A stretch of DNA of 61,233 bases, counting the filler. It is 4 parts of 4 records of this genome, joined end to end, with 100 filler letters (N's around TTAATTAATTAA, not from the genome) between each part and the next. Parts side by side here need not be neighbours in the genome. Positions count along the whole stretch, not along the records: positions 11,888 to 17,525 come from SRR31156797_25463; positions 17,626 to 34,599 come from SRR31156797_25487; 2 more parts are not named here. One strand, 5' to 3'. A program made the position numbers and the translations under genes. The notes below the pieces were generated by a model. It made no database searches, was not told where the DNA came from, and saw only the letters and a program-made list of their open reading frames with translations. Numbering within the stretch: position 1 is the stretch's first letter; every line of letters starts with the position of its first letter. Of this stretch, positions 16,062-25,419 are shown piece by piece.

Positions 16062-17525
16062 TCATCGATTTGTTCGGCCGCCGTCACGGATGAACTGCTC
16101 ATAGGTTGTCTGGGCCGTCCCCGACAGTGGGCGGTAGTGCGAAAATGGGTCGGCGTGGGCGCGATTGATGCGGCGCCAGTGAGCGCCAGAGATCTCCAGG
16201 GTCATGAGGAAGATCGCGAATCCCATGACGGCCAGGAGAGCGACGCCGTGGGGGAGGCGTCCCAGCAGCGGGCGCCGATCGAGGGTGGCCGCCCAGAATA
16301 GCAGCTGGCACAGTAAGGACCAGAAGCACACAAAGGGGACCAGCGGTCGCCACGCCGGGTCGTGTGCTGAGGAGGCGAGGTGGCCACTGCCGACGACCAG
16401 GAAGACCACGCCGTTGAGCCAGAACATCGCATAGGCGCCGGCCAGCCACAGCCGCGACTCAGTAGAGTTGTCAATTACAGCAGAGGACAGAACCATAGCG
16501 AAGATGATCCAGATAAAGGACGCTTGCAACAGGAAGCAGGACGCGACGCGCCTTGTCTGGTCGGATTGCTGGAGCCACAGCAGGATGAGCAGGAAGGCGA
16601 GCAGAGCGAACTGCAGCAGGCAGGCTCTGGTCGGCGTGGCCCCCTTTCCGCTCTCGCCTTCTCTGTGGCGATACAGCATTGGGCATGTGATGCAGATCAC
16701 AATCAACAAGACCAGCGGTGCAGCAGGCAACACGCTCGTGGATATCAGATCGTTGCTCACGTTGCCGGGACGCCAGTCCATGCGCCATTCATCCAGTGTC
16801 TCGGCTCGGGCCACATGGTAGCGCGCTCGGGCGGCTTCCTCGGTTGTCCGCTCTAGTCTCTCGAGTCGGGCCCGTTCTGTCGTTTGCAGGAGAGAGATAG
16901 CTGGTGAGAGCGACTCGAAATCGTAGGCCCGGTCGATCAGGCGGGTGGCCATGACGACGGCTGCATCCGCGAGTCGGCGCCACGATTCGAGACCGAGTTG
17001 GTTGCCCCGTTCGACGTCACGCGCGATGAAGGGTCCCAGGTCCCCATAGAAGGGGAAAGTATATCCTCGATCGTCCCGGTCGAGGACGGCCTTGCCGGCC
17101 AGCCGGTCGACACGCGTTTTGTACTTGCTGTAGGGCAGATAGAACTCGGGCAGCGCATGTCCGGCTTCGAATTCCGCCATCGCCTCGTCGAAAGACTCGG
17201 GTTCCGTCCGGGCCTCCAGAATCGCCCAGCCGCGCAAGTAGCGATAGTGGGCATTGTCCGGGTTCACGGCCAGCAGGCGATCGACGGTCTCCAGGGTTTC
17301 AGACAGCTCGACGTCGTCGGCTTCGATCAGGTCCTCCGCCAGACGGGCCAGGCAGAACTCGTTCTGCGGATACCGGATTATCAGACGCCGCAGTCGGTTC
17401 GGCTGGGGATCTTCGTAGTCATAAGCCACACGATAGCGCAGGAGTGCACCGGCCTCGAGGTCGTCTTTGATCAGTTTCTCGGGCACGGCTCGCAAGGGAT
17501 CATCCTGGGCATCTCTCCCGGCACC
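16062..17525 (-). CDS. TPR-like/multi-TM protein paralog 1 (5' partial, C-terminal domain deleted)
   Basis: Same motifs; frame open to contig edge; ends at YEQFIRDGGRTNR. Confidence 0.8.
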   Translation of the reverse strand, partial: GAGRDAQDDPLRAVPEKLIKDDLEAGALLRYRVAYDYEDPQPNRLRRLIIRYPQNEFCLARLAEDLIEADDVELSETLETVDRLLAVNPDNAHYRYLRGWAILEARTEPESFDEAMAEFEAGHALPEFYLPYSKYKTRVDRLAGKAVLDRDDRGYTFPFYGDLGPFIARDVERGNQLGLESWRRLADAAVVMATRLIDRAYDFESLSPAISLLQTTERARLERLERTTEEAARARYHVARAETLDEWRMDWRPGNVSNDLISTSVLPAAPLVLLIVICITCPMLYRHREGESGKGATPTRACLLQFALLAFLLILLWLQQSDQTRRVASCFLLQASFIWIIFAMVLSSAVIDNSTESRLWLAGAYAMFWLNGVVFLVVGSGHLASSAHDPAWRPLVPFVCFWSLLCQLLFWAATLDRRPLLGRLPHGVALLAVMGFAIFLMTLEISGAHWRRINRAHADPFSHYRPLSGTAQTTYEQFIRDGGRTNR

Positions 17526-17625
17526 NNNNNNNNNNNNNNNNNNNNNNNNNNNNNNNNNNNNNNNNNNNNTTAATTAATTAANNNNNNNNNNNNNNNNNNN
17601 NNNNNNNNNNNNNNNNNNNNNNNNN
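17526..17625. other. Artificial contig spacer
   Basis: Same N/TTAATTAATTAA linker. Confidence 0.98.
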
Positions 17626-17655
17626 TTCTCTGGTCCCCGAAGGGCCGCCGGAGGC
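17626..17655 (-). repeat. REP-like element (GCCTCCGGC family), partial
   Basis: Minus strand GCCTCCGGCGGCCCTTCGGGG at the contig edge. Confidence 0.55.
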
Positions 17656-17662
17656 TACCAAT

Positions 17663-18175
17663 ATGAAACTAGAAATTTTAGCTTATCCTGAAGCTTCTTT
17701 GAAAGAAGTATGTGCCAGAGTTGAGGAAGTCACTCCTGAGCTGAAGGAGTCCATCGATAACATGATCGAGACCATGTACGAAGATGACGGTGTGGGCCTT
17801 GCTGCCCCGCAGGTCGGAATCCAGAAGCGTCTCATTGTTATTGATCCTTCCGGCCCCAAAGAGCGTACTGACTTGCAGGTTATTATTAACCCTGAAATCG
17901 TTGAAAAGAGCAGCCAGAAGGTGGATTCCGAGGAAGCCTGCCTTTCCTGCCCCGGTTTCAAGTGCGTGATCAAACGCCATGAGACAGTTACCGTTACCGG
18001 TACTGACCTTGAAGGTAATGATATCCGCATTGAAGCTGACGATTTTCTGGCCATTGTGCTGCAGCATGAAATTGATCATCTGGATGGAACTCTCATTGTC
18101 GACCGTGTAGGCCGCCTGAAACGTGCAATGTACGATAAGAAGGTAAAAAAATGGCTGAAAAGCGCTGGAAAATAG
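17663..18175 (+). CDS. def: Peptide deformylase
   Basis: GVGLAAPQVG, EACLS, QHEIDHLDG motifs. Confidence 0.97.
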   Translation: MKLEILAYPEASLKEVCARVEEVTPELKESIDNMIETMYEDDGVGLAAPQVGIQKRLIVIDPSGPKERTDLQVIINPEIVEKSSQKVDSEEACLSCPGFKCVIKRHETVTVTGTDLEGNDIRIEADDFLAIVLQHEIDHLDGTLIVDRVGRLKRAMYDKKVKKWLKSAGK

Positions 18176-19101
18176 TTTTCATGGGAACACCGGACTTTGC
18201 GTCCACCATTCTCGAATATCTCGTAGAATGGGACGGATGTGAAGTCATTGCAGCTTACACCCAGCCTGACCGCAAAAGCGGTCGTGGGCAGAAGGTGCAT
18301 TGTTCCGCTGTAAAGAATGTTGCTCTTAAGAACGATATTCCCGTCTACCAGCCCTTGAATTTCAAGGACGAAAAAGACGTTGAAGAGCTGCGCGCTCTGG
18401 AGCCTGACTTTCTGGTGGTTGCGGCCTACGGGCTGATCTTGCCTCAGTCGGTGCTGGATATCCCCACAGTCATGCCTATCAATGTGCATGGTTCGCTGCT
18501 GCCTAAGTATCGCGGTGCGGCGCCCATTCATCGGGCGGTTGCCAACGGCGACCACGCCACCGGGATCACTATCATGAAGATGGAAGCTGGCCTTGATACC
18601 GGTCCCATGCTCGTGCAGCAGGCCCTTGGTATTGCCTGGGATGATTATACCGGGAAGATTCATGATGAACTGGCTGACATGGGTGGCCCGTTGGTCATGG
18701 AAACCCTGCTGCGTTATCAGGATGGTCGTTTGACCGTTATGGAGCAGGATGATTCCATTGCTACTTATGCTGCAAAGCTGAGTAAGGAAGAAGGGCTGAT
18801 CGATTGGGATCTTCCTGTAAAGGAAGTGCACAATAAGATCAGGGGTATGTATCCATGGCCCGGTGCTTATTACTTCTGGACTCCGGAAGGCAAAGAACCC
18901 ATCCGCCTTGTCCTTTCTCCCGGTAAACCCGGTGATGAAGAGGTCGGTGACCATGCGCCCGGAACAATTGTCGGTGAATTTGATGGCATGCTCGGGATTG
19001 CCTGCAAAGATAAAATTTACCTCGCATCCAAGGTCAAGCCTGCCGGAAAGAAAGAAATGGACGGTAAAGCCTTCGTGTGCGGTTACATGAATAAGTGTTA
19101 A
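18151..19101 (+). CDS. fmt: Methionyl-tRNA formyltransferase
   Basis: IVFMGTPDFA, NVHGSLLPKYRGAAPI; follows def. Confidence 0.97.
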   Translation: MAEKRWKIVFMGTPDFASTILEYLVEWDGCEVIAAYTQPDRKSGRGQKVHCSAVKNVALKNDIPVYQPLNFKDEKDVEELRALEPDFLVVAAYGLILPQSVLDIPTVMPINVHGSLLPKYRGAAPIHRAVANGDHATGITIMKMEAGLDTGPMLVQQALGIAWDDYTGKIHDELADMGGPLVMETLLRYQDGRLTVMEQDDSIATYAAKLSKEEGLIDWDLPVKEVHNKIRGMYPWPGAYYFWTPEGKEPIRLVLSPGKPGDEEVGDHAPGTIVGEFDGMLGIACKDKIYLASKVKPAGKKEMDGKAFVCGYMNKC

Positions 19102-19116
19102 CTTCGGATTTAATAG

Positions 19117-19935
19117 ATGAGTGTAGAAAAAGATAACAAAAAGCGTCTTTTCATCGGTCTGATCACTGGAACCTGTGTACTACTTTGTGCTTTTCTGGGC
19201 CTGCTTTGGTATGTTCCTTATGCCGGGCTGGATTCTTTTGGTGCGTGGGCCTCGTGGAGCTGGGGACTGTTCATTTTCGCGCTCATTGTGCTGGTCGGCT
19301 GGGGGTATGTTGGTCTGCTTACCAACGTAGTGCTCCAGCGGACTTTCCCCTTCTCCCAGAAAGCACGTGGACTGAGCGTTAAGCTTTTTCTACCCTTGAT
19401 GACTATTCTGGGCCGTGTCTTCGGGCTTTCCAAGCGCAAGATCCGTGGCTCTTTTATTAAGGTCAATAACGAACTGGTCCTTTCCGAGGTCGGCCGTTTT
19501 GATCCTGCAAAGATCATGATCCTGACCCCGCACTGTTTGCAGGCCAGCCGCTGCGATATGCGTCTGACCTATGACATCGATAACTGCAAGCGTTGTGGAT
19601 TGTGCACTATCAAAGGACTTCTGGAACTGCGCGATAAATACGGGGTTCATTTCCACGTCGCCACTGGTGGTACCATTGCCCGCCGTCTGGTTGTACAGAA
19701 CCGTCCGCGTATGATCATCGCCATTGCCTGTGAACGTGATCTTGCCAGCGGTATTCAGGATACCTATCCGCTTCCGGTTTATGGCGTGCTTAACGAACGC
19801 CCCAACGGACCCTGCCTTGATACGCAGGTTTCGCTCATTGATGTAGAGAATGCTCTGCGCCGTTTCATCAAGGAAGACAAGCTTCCTGAAGATGCGGAGA
19901 AGAATGTTGCTTTGACTCCTCTTACCGGGCTTTAA
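19117..19935 (+). CDS. DUF116-domain membrane protein
   Basis: PHCLQ..C...C.RCG.C, ATGGT.AR, ACERDL..G. Confidence 0.88.
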   Translation: MSVEKDNKKRLFIGLITGTCVLLCAFLGLLWYVPYAGLDSFGAWASWSWGLFIFALIVLVGWGYVGLLTNVVLQRTFPFSQKARGLSVKLFLPLMTILGRVFGLSKRKIRGSFIKVNNELVLSEVGRFDPAKIMILTPHCLQASRCDMRLTYDIDNCKRCGLCTIKGLLELRDKYGVHFHVATGGTIARRLVVQNRPRMIIAIACERDLASGIQDTYPLPVYGVLNERPNGPCLDTQVSLIDVENALRRFIKEDKLPEDAEKNVALTPLTGL

Positions 19936-19950
19936 GCCGGGAATCCGCTG

Positions 19951-21231
19951 ATGAAAAAAAATATTTTGCCCGGCCCTAGAGGGATTGCTTTTGATTGTGT
20001 AACCCGTGCCATTGATGGCGGAGCGGATGCACAGGCCGTTTTAGACGATGCTCTTACATCTTCAAAACTGGATGCGCGTGACCGGGGTTTTGTTACGGAA
20101 ATTCTTTACGGTTACCTGCGCATGCGCTTAAGACTGCAGGCCGTACTCAATTGCTTTCTTTCCCGTCCTGACGGTTTGCCTGCCCCTGTGTTGCGGGTGC
20201 TGGGCATGGCTGCCTATGAAATCCTGCATATGGATGTTCCGGCTTATGCTTCCGTGGACTGGGGCGTGGATTCTGCGAAGCGTCTTTCCCGTGGCAAACT
20301 CGGCGGTCTGGCAAATGCAGTGTTGCGTAAAGTGGCTAGGCTTGCTGAAGATGGAGCAGATGAAGATTTTTTCCGTCGCCGCAGCGATTCCGAAATCGAA
20401 TTTCTTTCCGCTTATTATTCCTGTCCAGAGTGGATTGTAGAGCTTTGGATTGAAAGCTACGGCCGTGATAAGGCTGAGCAGTATCTGGAAGCCCAGATTT
20501 GCCCTCCTGCAGCCGGTTTTGTGCTTGATACCACAGACAGCAAGGCTAAAGCGGCTGCAGAACAATTGCTGGAAGAGGGCGACCATATCGCTTCTGACGG
20601 TCAGGCCTTTGCTTTTTATTCCGGCTATTGGCCGCTGGCTTTTAAAGAAGTGAAAGAGTTTGTGGTCCGCCAGAGCTATGCAGCTCGCGAAGCTTTGGCT
20701 GTACTGGAACCTTCTAAGTGGCCTGTTCCGGTCTGGGACGCTTGCTCCGGGCGTGGCGGTAAATCAAGATTTCTTAATTCAAAGAAAATTTCACCCATTG
20801 TAGCCAGTGATCCCCATGCCAGAAGGCTGGCGGCATTGAAGAGGGATGTCCCTTCGGTGGCAGCCTTCCGTGCTTCGGCTATTAATCCGCCGCTGGCAAC
20901 GGAATCCATCGGTACAGCTTTGCTTGATGTTCCCTGTTCCGGACTGGGAGTGCTTTCCCGCAGGCCGGATACCAAGTTCAAGCGCACCCCGGAAGATGTG
21001 GCTTCGCTGGTACAACTACAATCAAAGATTCTGGATAACAGCTGGAAGACTCTGCGCAGGGGAGGGCAGCTGGCTTACATTACCTGCACTCTTAACCCGG
21101 ATGAGAATGAACGCCAGATCGCCGCTTTTCTCAGACGGCACAAGGACGCAGTCCCGCTTAAGGAATGGACCACACCGCCGGATTCTGAATTGCACGAATT
21201 TTTCTATTCAGCTTTAATTGAAAAGAAATAG
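19951..21231 (+). CDS. rsmB: NusB/RsmB-family 16S rRNA m5C methyltransferase
   Basis: N-terminal NusB-like domain; DACSGRGGK, DVPCSGLG, YITCT. Confidence 0.85.
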   Translation: MKKNILPGPRGIAFDCVTRAIDGGADAQAVLDDALTSSKLDARDRGFVTEILYGYLRMRLRLQAVLNCFLSRPDGLPAPVLRVLGMAAYEILHMDVPAYASVDWGVDSAKRLSRGKLGGLANAVLRKVARLAEDGADEDFFRRRSDSEIEFLSAYYSCPEWIVELWIESYGRDKAEQYLEAQICPPAAGFVLDTTDSKAKAAAEQLLEEGDHIASDGQAFAFYSGYWPLAFKEVKEFVVRQSYAAREALAVLEPSKWPVPVWDACSGRGGKSRFLNSKKISPIVASDPHARRLAALKRDVPSVAAFRASAINPPLATESIGTALLDVPCSGLGVLSRRPDTKFKRTPEDVASLVQLQSKILDNSWKTLRRGGQLAYITCTLNPDENERQIAAFLRRHKDAVPLKEWTTPPDSELHEFFYSALIEKK

Positions 21232-21238
21232 ATATAAG

Positions 21239-21272
21239 AAATCCCCTTTCATCGTTGGATGGAAGGGGATTT
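21239..21272. terminator. Bidirectional terminator
   Basis: AAATCCCCTTTCATC-gttg-GATGGAAGGGGATTT between convergent genes. Confidence 0.85.
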
Positions 21273-21295
21273 TAATTTCGGAGTCTCAGAGCTAT

Positions 21296-22054
21296 TTAGG
21301 CCTGATCAGGATGATGCTTTTTTAGGAACTCAAGAAATTTTGTAGCTTCCTCGTGGTCCTTGTTCAGATCGAGGGCCTTTTTCAGGTGGGTGGAGCACTT
21401 GTCGAGTACTCCCTTTTCAAAATAGGCACGGGCAATATTGTAGTGCAGGTTTTCGTCGTTGGAAGTCATTTCAAGTGCCCGTTCGTAGTAATCAATGGCC
21501 TGATCCTGCATTCCTGTTTTGCGCAGGTTGATGCCGAATTCATTGAACAAGTGCTTGTGCTCAGTCTGGAAAGCGGCATCAAGTTTGACCAGTCTATTGA
21601 AAATATCGTTGGCCTTGTTGGACTCTCCGCGTTCCATGTAGGTCAGCCCGAGACCGAAGTTCGCTTTAACGTTATCTTCATCAACGCCCAGCGCATTTTG
21701 GAATTCAAATTCCGCACTGTAAGTTGCTCCGGCCTGCCTTGCTTTTTCCCCACGTGTAATGGTGGAATTCAGCTCCTGCATTTTGGGGTAGACCGTAGAA
21801 ACGTAAAATTCAGGCTCAGGAGAGTATTTGGATAGGAATTCTTCCATGGGGACAACAGACTTCGGGCCGGCAGGAATGTAACTTGTGTTCAGGGCCTGCA
21901 CTTCTACATTTTCAGGATTAAGTTCCTCAGCCATCCAATACATTTTACTGATGGTCCGGCGCACAGTGGTGCCTGTCCCGATCTTCTGTACATTCTGACT
22001 GGAAAAGACGCCCTTGATTGTTTGTCTTCCTGTGTTTTGTTCTGCCGCAGCCAT
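21296..22054 (-). CDS. Tetratricopeptide repeat protein
   Basis: FNEFGINLRK...AIDYYERAL...DENLHYNIARAY. Confidence 0.88.
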   Translation of the reverse strand: MAAAEQNTGRQTIKGVFSSQNVQKIGTGTTVRRTISKMYWMAEELNPENVEVQALNTSYIPAGPKSVVPMEEFLSKYSPEPEFYVSTVYPKMQELNSTITRGEKARQAGATYSAEFEFQNALGVDEDNVKANFGLGLTYMERGESNKANDIFNRLVKLDAAFQTEHKHLFNEFGINLRKTGMQDQAIDYYERALEMTSNDENLHYNIARAYFEKGVLDKCSTHLKKALDLNKDHEEATKFLEFLKKHHPDQA

Positions 22055-22378
22055 TTATTATCCTTTTTGATTTCCTTTAATTTATGCGCACTATAGATAA
22101 TATTTACAAAAAATTCTACTAACAAAATTTAGTGTTGACGCACAATTATAATCGACGGCACTGGCAACGAGGAAAAATCTGTTAATGTCTAATTTTGTTC
22201 TTCATTTTTCTTGATGGAAGATTTAGAGTGACTGCCGCTTTGATGATTGTTAAAAATTAGTGTTGCATTATGAGATTGATGACAAGTGATCGACATTAAT
22301 GTAAGTACTCATTTTTAGCTTTTTTTTGTAGTTTTATCAAAATGCCGTAAAAACGGGCTTAGACCAGTAGAGGGAGTT

Positions 22379-22945
22379 ATGAGCACAGCAAAAGTAGGAC
22401 ATCGCATTAAAACATTCAGGGAAAAACAGGGCATCAGTCTTGACGAATTTTCCTCACGCACAGGCCTTGGAGTTGATTTCCTTGAAGCCGTAGAAGAAAA
22501 AGAAAAGTATCCCTCCCTAGGTCCCCTACTTAAGATTGCAAGAGCCCTTGGTGTTAGACTCGGCACTTTCCTTGATGATCAGGTCAGCAAAGATCCTCTC
22601 ATCGTCAAGCTTGGCGAGCGTAAGGAAGAGTTCACCATGCATTCTGATCAGGAAAAGACTGCTTCCATGAAGTACTTCTCTCTTGCAAAAGGTAAGAGTG
22701 ACCGCCACATGGAGCCTTTTTTCATTGAGATCCAGCCTGAGGACGGCGAACCCAAGCTGACCTCCCATGAAGGTGAGGAATTCATCATCGTTGTTTCCGG
22801 TAAGCTCAAAGTGGTTTACGGCAAGGAAGAAAGCGTGCTGGAAGCTGGCGACAGCGTATATTTTAATTCCGTGGTTCCGCACTATGTTGCTGCTGAAGGC
22901 AATGAAAAGTGTGATATTTACGCGGTCCTTTATTTCCCGGAATAA
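22379..22945 (+). CDS. XRE-family regulator with cupin domain
   Basis: N-terminal HTH; HEGEEFI...GDSVYFNSVVPH. Confidence 0.92.
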   Translation: MSTAKVGHRIKTFREKQGISLDEFSSRTGLGVDFLEAVEEKEKYPSLGPLLKIARALGVRLGTFLDDQVSKDPLIVKLGERKEEFTMHSDQEKTASMKYFSLAKGKSDRHMEPFFIEIQPEDGEPKLTSHEGEEFIIVVSGKLKVVYGKEESVLEAGDSVYFNSVVPHYVAAEGNEKCDIYAVLYFPE

Positions 22946-22957
22946 GAGGGGAGTTTC

Positions 22958-24604
22958 ATGGAACAATCACATCTCAGGGAAATTACTCTCGGGGCGTTGC
23001 TGGACGAGGCTGTTGAAAAATGGCCCGATCAGGAAGCCGTTGTTTATGTGGACCGCGATTTTCGTCTGACCTATCGCGAATTCGGCGAGTTGGTGGATGA
23101 TCTGGCCATGGGGCTTATGGCTCTCGGGATCAAGAAGGGCGAGAAGGTCGCAGTCTGGGCCACCAACGTTCCTTATTGGGTGGCTTTGCAGTTTGCTACC
23201 GCTAAAATCGGGGCTATCCTGCTGACTGTTAATACTTTTTATCGTACCACCGAACTGGAATACCTGCTCAAGCAGTCCGAGTGCGAGAACTTGGTCATTA
23301 TCGACGGTTTCAGGGAGATCGACTATCTCCAGACTGCATATGAGTTGATTCCTGAACTCAAGACTCAGGAACGCGGTTATCTCAAAAGCGAAAAATTCCC
23401 CGATCTTAAAAGGGTTTTCTTCCTCGGTCAGGAAAAGCACCGCGGCATGTATTCTATGGCAGAGGTGATCAACCTTTCTGCTGTGACCAATGAAGAGGAT
23501 TATGAAGCCCGTCAGGCTACCCTTGATCCTCATGACGTGGTCAACATGCAGTACACTTCCGGAACCACCGGGTTCCCCAAAGGTGTACAGCTGACCCATT
23601 ATAACATCGGTAACAACGGGTTCTGGATCGGTGAGAATCAGGGCTTTAAGCCCGGTGACCGCCTTTGTCTGCCCGTACCTTTGTTCCACTGCTTCGGCTG
23701 CGTGCTGGGCGTGCTGGCCGCAGTGAACCACGGCACCACCATGGTCATCCTTGAAGGATTCGACCCGCTGCTGGTCATGGCTTCCGTGGATCAGGAAAAG
23801 TGTACCGCTCTTTACGGCGTGCCGACCATGTTCATCGCTATTCTCGAGCATAAGCTGTTTGAGAAATTTGACTATTCTTCCCTGCGTACCGGGATTATGG
23901 CCGGTTCGCCTTGTCCCATCGAGGTCATGAAGAAGGTCATGGATAAGATGAACATGACTGACATCACTATCTGTTACGGCCTGACCGAGGCTTCCCCGGT
24001 TATGACCCAGACCCGCATGACTGACAGTTTGCAGCGCCGGACCGAGACCGTAGGTCAGGCTATGCCTGAAATCGAAGTCGCTATTATCAACCCGGAAACA
24101 GGGGATATGTGCGAGTCAGGTGAAACAGGCGAAATCTGCTGCCGCGGTTACAACGTCATGAAGGGGTACTACAACAACCCTGAAGCCACCAATTCCACCA
24201 TTGATATGGACGGCTGGCTCCATTCCGGTGACCTCGGAACTATGGATAAAGAAGGGTATGTTGATGTAACCGGACGTCTTAAGGATATGATCATCCGTGG
24301 CGGGGAGAACATCTATCCCCGTGAAATTGAGGAATTCCTCTACACCATGGACGGTATTCTTGATATTCAGGTTGCCGGGGTTCCCAGTGAAAAGTTTGGG
24401 GAGCAGGTCGGAGCGTTCATCATTCTCAAGGATGGTGTGGAAATGACCAAGCAGGATGTCATCGACTACTGTCGTGGCCAGATTTCCCGCTACAAGATTC
24501 CCAAGTTCATCACTTTCCTTGACGCTTATCCTATGACCGCAAGCGGCAAGATTCAGAAATACAAACTTCGGGATATGGCCGCAGAACTGTACCCCGACGC
24601 ATAA
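22958..24604 (+). CDS. AMP-binding acyl-CoA synthetase (ACSF2/FadD-like)
   Basis: [37 protein letters not shown]. Confidence 0.93.
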   Translation: MEQSHLREITLGALLDEAVEKWPDQEAVVYVDRDFRLTYREFGELVDDLAMGLMALGIKKGEKVAVWATNVPYWVALQFATAKIGAILLTVNTFYRTTELEYLLKQSECENLVIIDGFREIDYLQTAYELIPELKTQERGYLKSEKFPDLKRVFFLGQEKHRGMYSMAEVINLSAVTNEEDYEARQATLDPHDVVNMQYTSGTTGFPKGVQLTHYNIGNNGFWIGENQGFKPGDRLCLPVPLFHCFGCVLGVLAAVNHGTTMVILEGFDPLLVMASVDQEKCTALYGVPTMFIAILEHKLFEKFDYSSLRTGIMAGSPCPIEVMKKVMDKMNMTDITICYGLTEASPVMTQTRMTDSLQRRTETVGQAMPEIEVAIINPETGDMCESGETGEICCRGYNVMKGYYNNPEATNSTIDMDGWLHSGDLGTMDKEGYVDVTGRLKDMIIRGGENIYPREIEEFLYTMDGILDIQVAGVPSEKFGEQVGAFIILKDGVEMTKQDVIDYCRGQISRYKIPKFITFLDAYPMTASGKIQKYKLRDMAAELYPDA

Positions 24605-24609
24605 AATAC

Positions 24610-24641
24610 AAAGGGGCTTTGCTCCGGCAAGGCCCTTTTTT
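24610..24641 (+). terminator. Intrinsic terminator
   Basis: AAAGGGGCTTTGC-tccg-GCAAGGCCCTTTTTT. Confidence 0.8.
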
Positions 24642-24665
24642 AATAGGTAAATTTATCGCTAAAAG

Positions 24666-24704
24666 CGGCGAAGCCGAAATGAAAGGGTTTAAGTCGCCGG
24701 AGGC
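24666..24704 (-). repeat. REP-like element (short form)
   Basis: Minus strand GCCTCCGGC...GGCTTCGCCG, same two ends as 27073-27140. Confidence 0.6.
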
Positions 24705-24717
24705 AAATGGAGGAACT

Positions 24718-25275
24718 ATGAGTAACGAACAGGCTTATAAGGAAATTGCACCGAGGCTGGCAGGCCTGCGTGATGCAATGGACATGAGCGTTGAAGAGTT
24801 GGCCGAGAAGGTCGGGGTTACCCCTGAGCGTGCTGCACAGTACGAATCCGGTACTGTGGAGATTCCGGTCAGTTACCTGATGGATGTGGCCCATCTTTGC
24901 GGAGTCAGCCTTACTGTGCTGATTTCCGGCAGCGAGGCCCACTTGACCAACTACGCACTGGTGCGCAAAGGCAAGGGTCTTAATGTGGACCGTCGTGAGG
25001 ACTACGATTACAAGAACCTCGCATCCACTTTTGTGGGCCGCCGTATGGAACCTTTCATGGTCGAAGTTCCGTCCAAAGAGGTTTCCGACATGAATTTCAC
25101 CACCCACCGCGGGCAGGAGTTCATTTATGTGCTCGAAGGACGCCTTGAACTTAGACTCGACGATTCCGTCCTCGAGCTTGAAGAAGGCGATTCCCTGTAC
25201 TTTGATTCCAATACTCCCCACGCCCTGCGAGGTCTTGACGGCAAATCCGCGCGTATGCTGGACGTCATTCTCTAG
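24718..25275 (+). CDS. XRE-family regulator with cupin domain
   Basis: GGAGG RBS at ATG 24718; HRGQEFIYVLEG, GDSLYFDSNTPH. Confidence 0.92.
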   Translation: MSNEQAYKEIAPRLAGLRDAMDMSVEELAEKVGVTPERAAQYESGTVEIPVSYLMDVAHLCGVSLTVLISGSEAHLTNYALVRKGKGLNVDRREDYDYKNLASTFVGRRMEPFMVEVPSKEVSDMNFTTHRGQEFIYVLEGRLELRLDDSVLELEEGDSLYFDSNTPHALRGLDGKSARMLDVIL

Positions 25276-25419
25276 CAGGTCGCCATAAACGCGCTGGCGG
25301 GATTTCTCCCTAGCGCACGCGGCCTGCGGTAAAAAGCACGGTTTTTACATTTGAGGATTTAACGTCAACCTACAGCAAATATCAGGATACAAAGCTATCC
25401 TCCGTGGAGATATAAGAAA

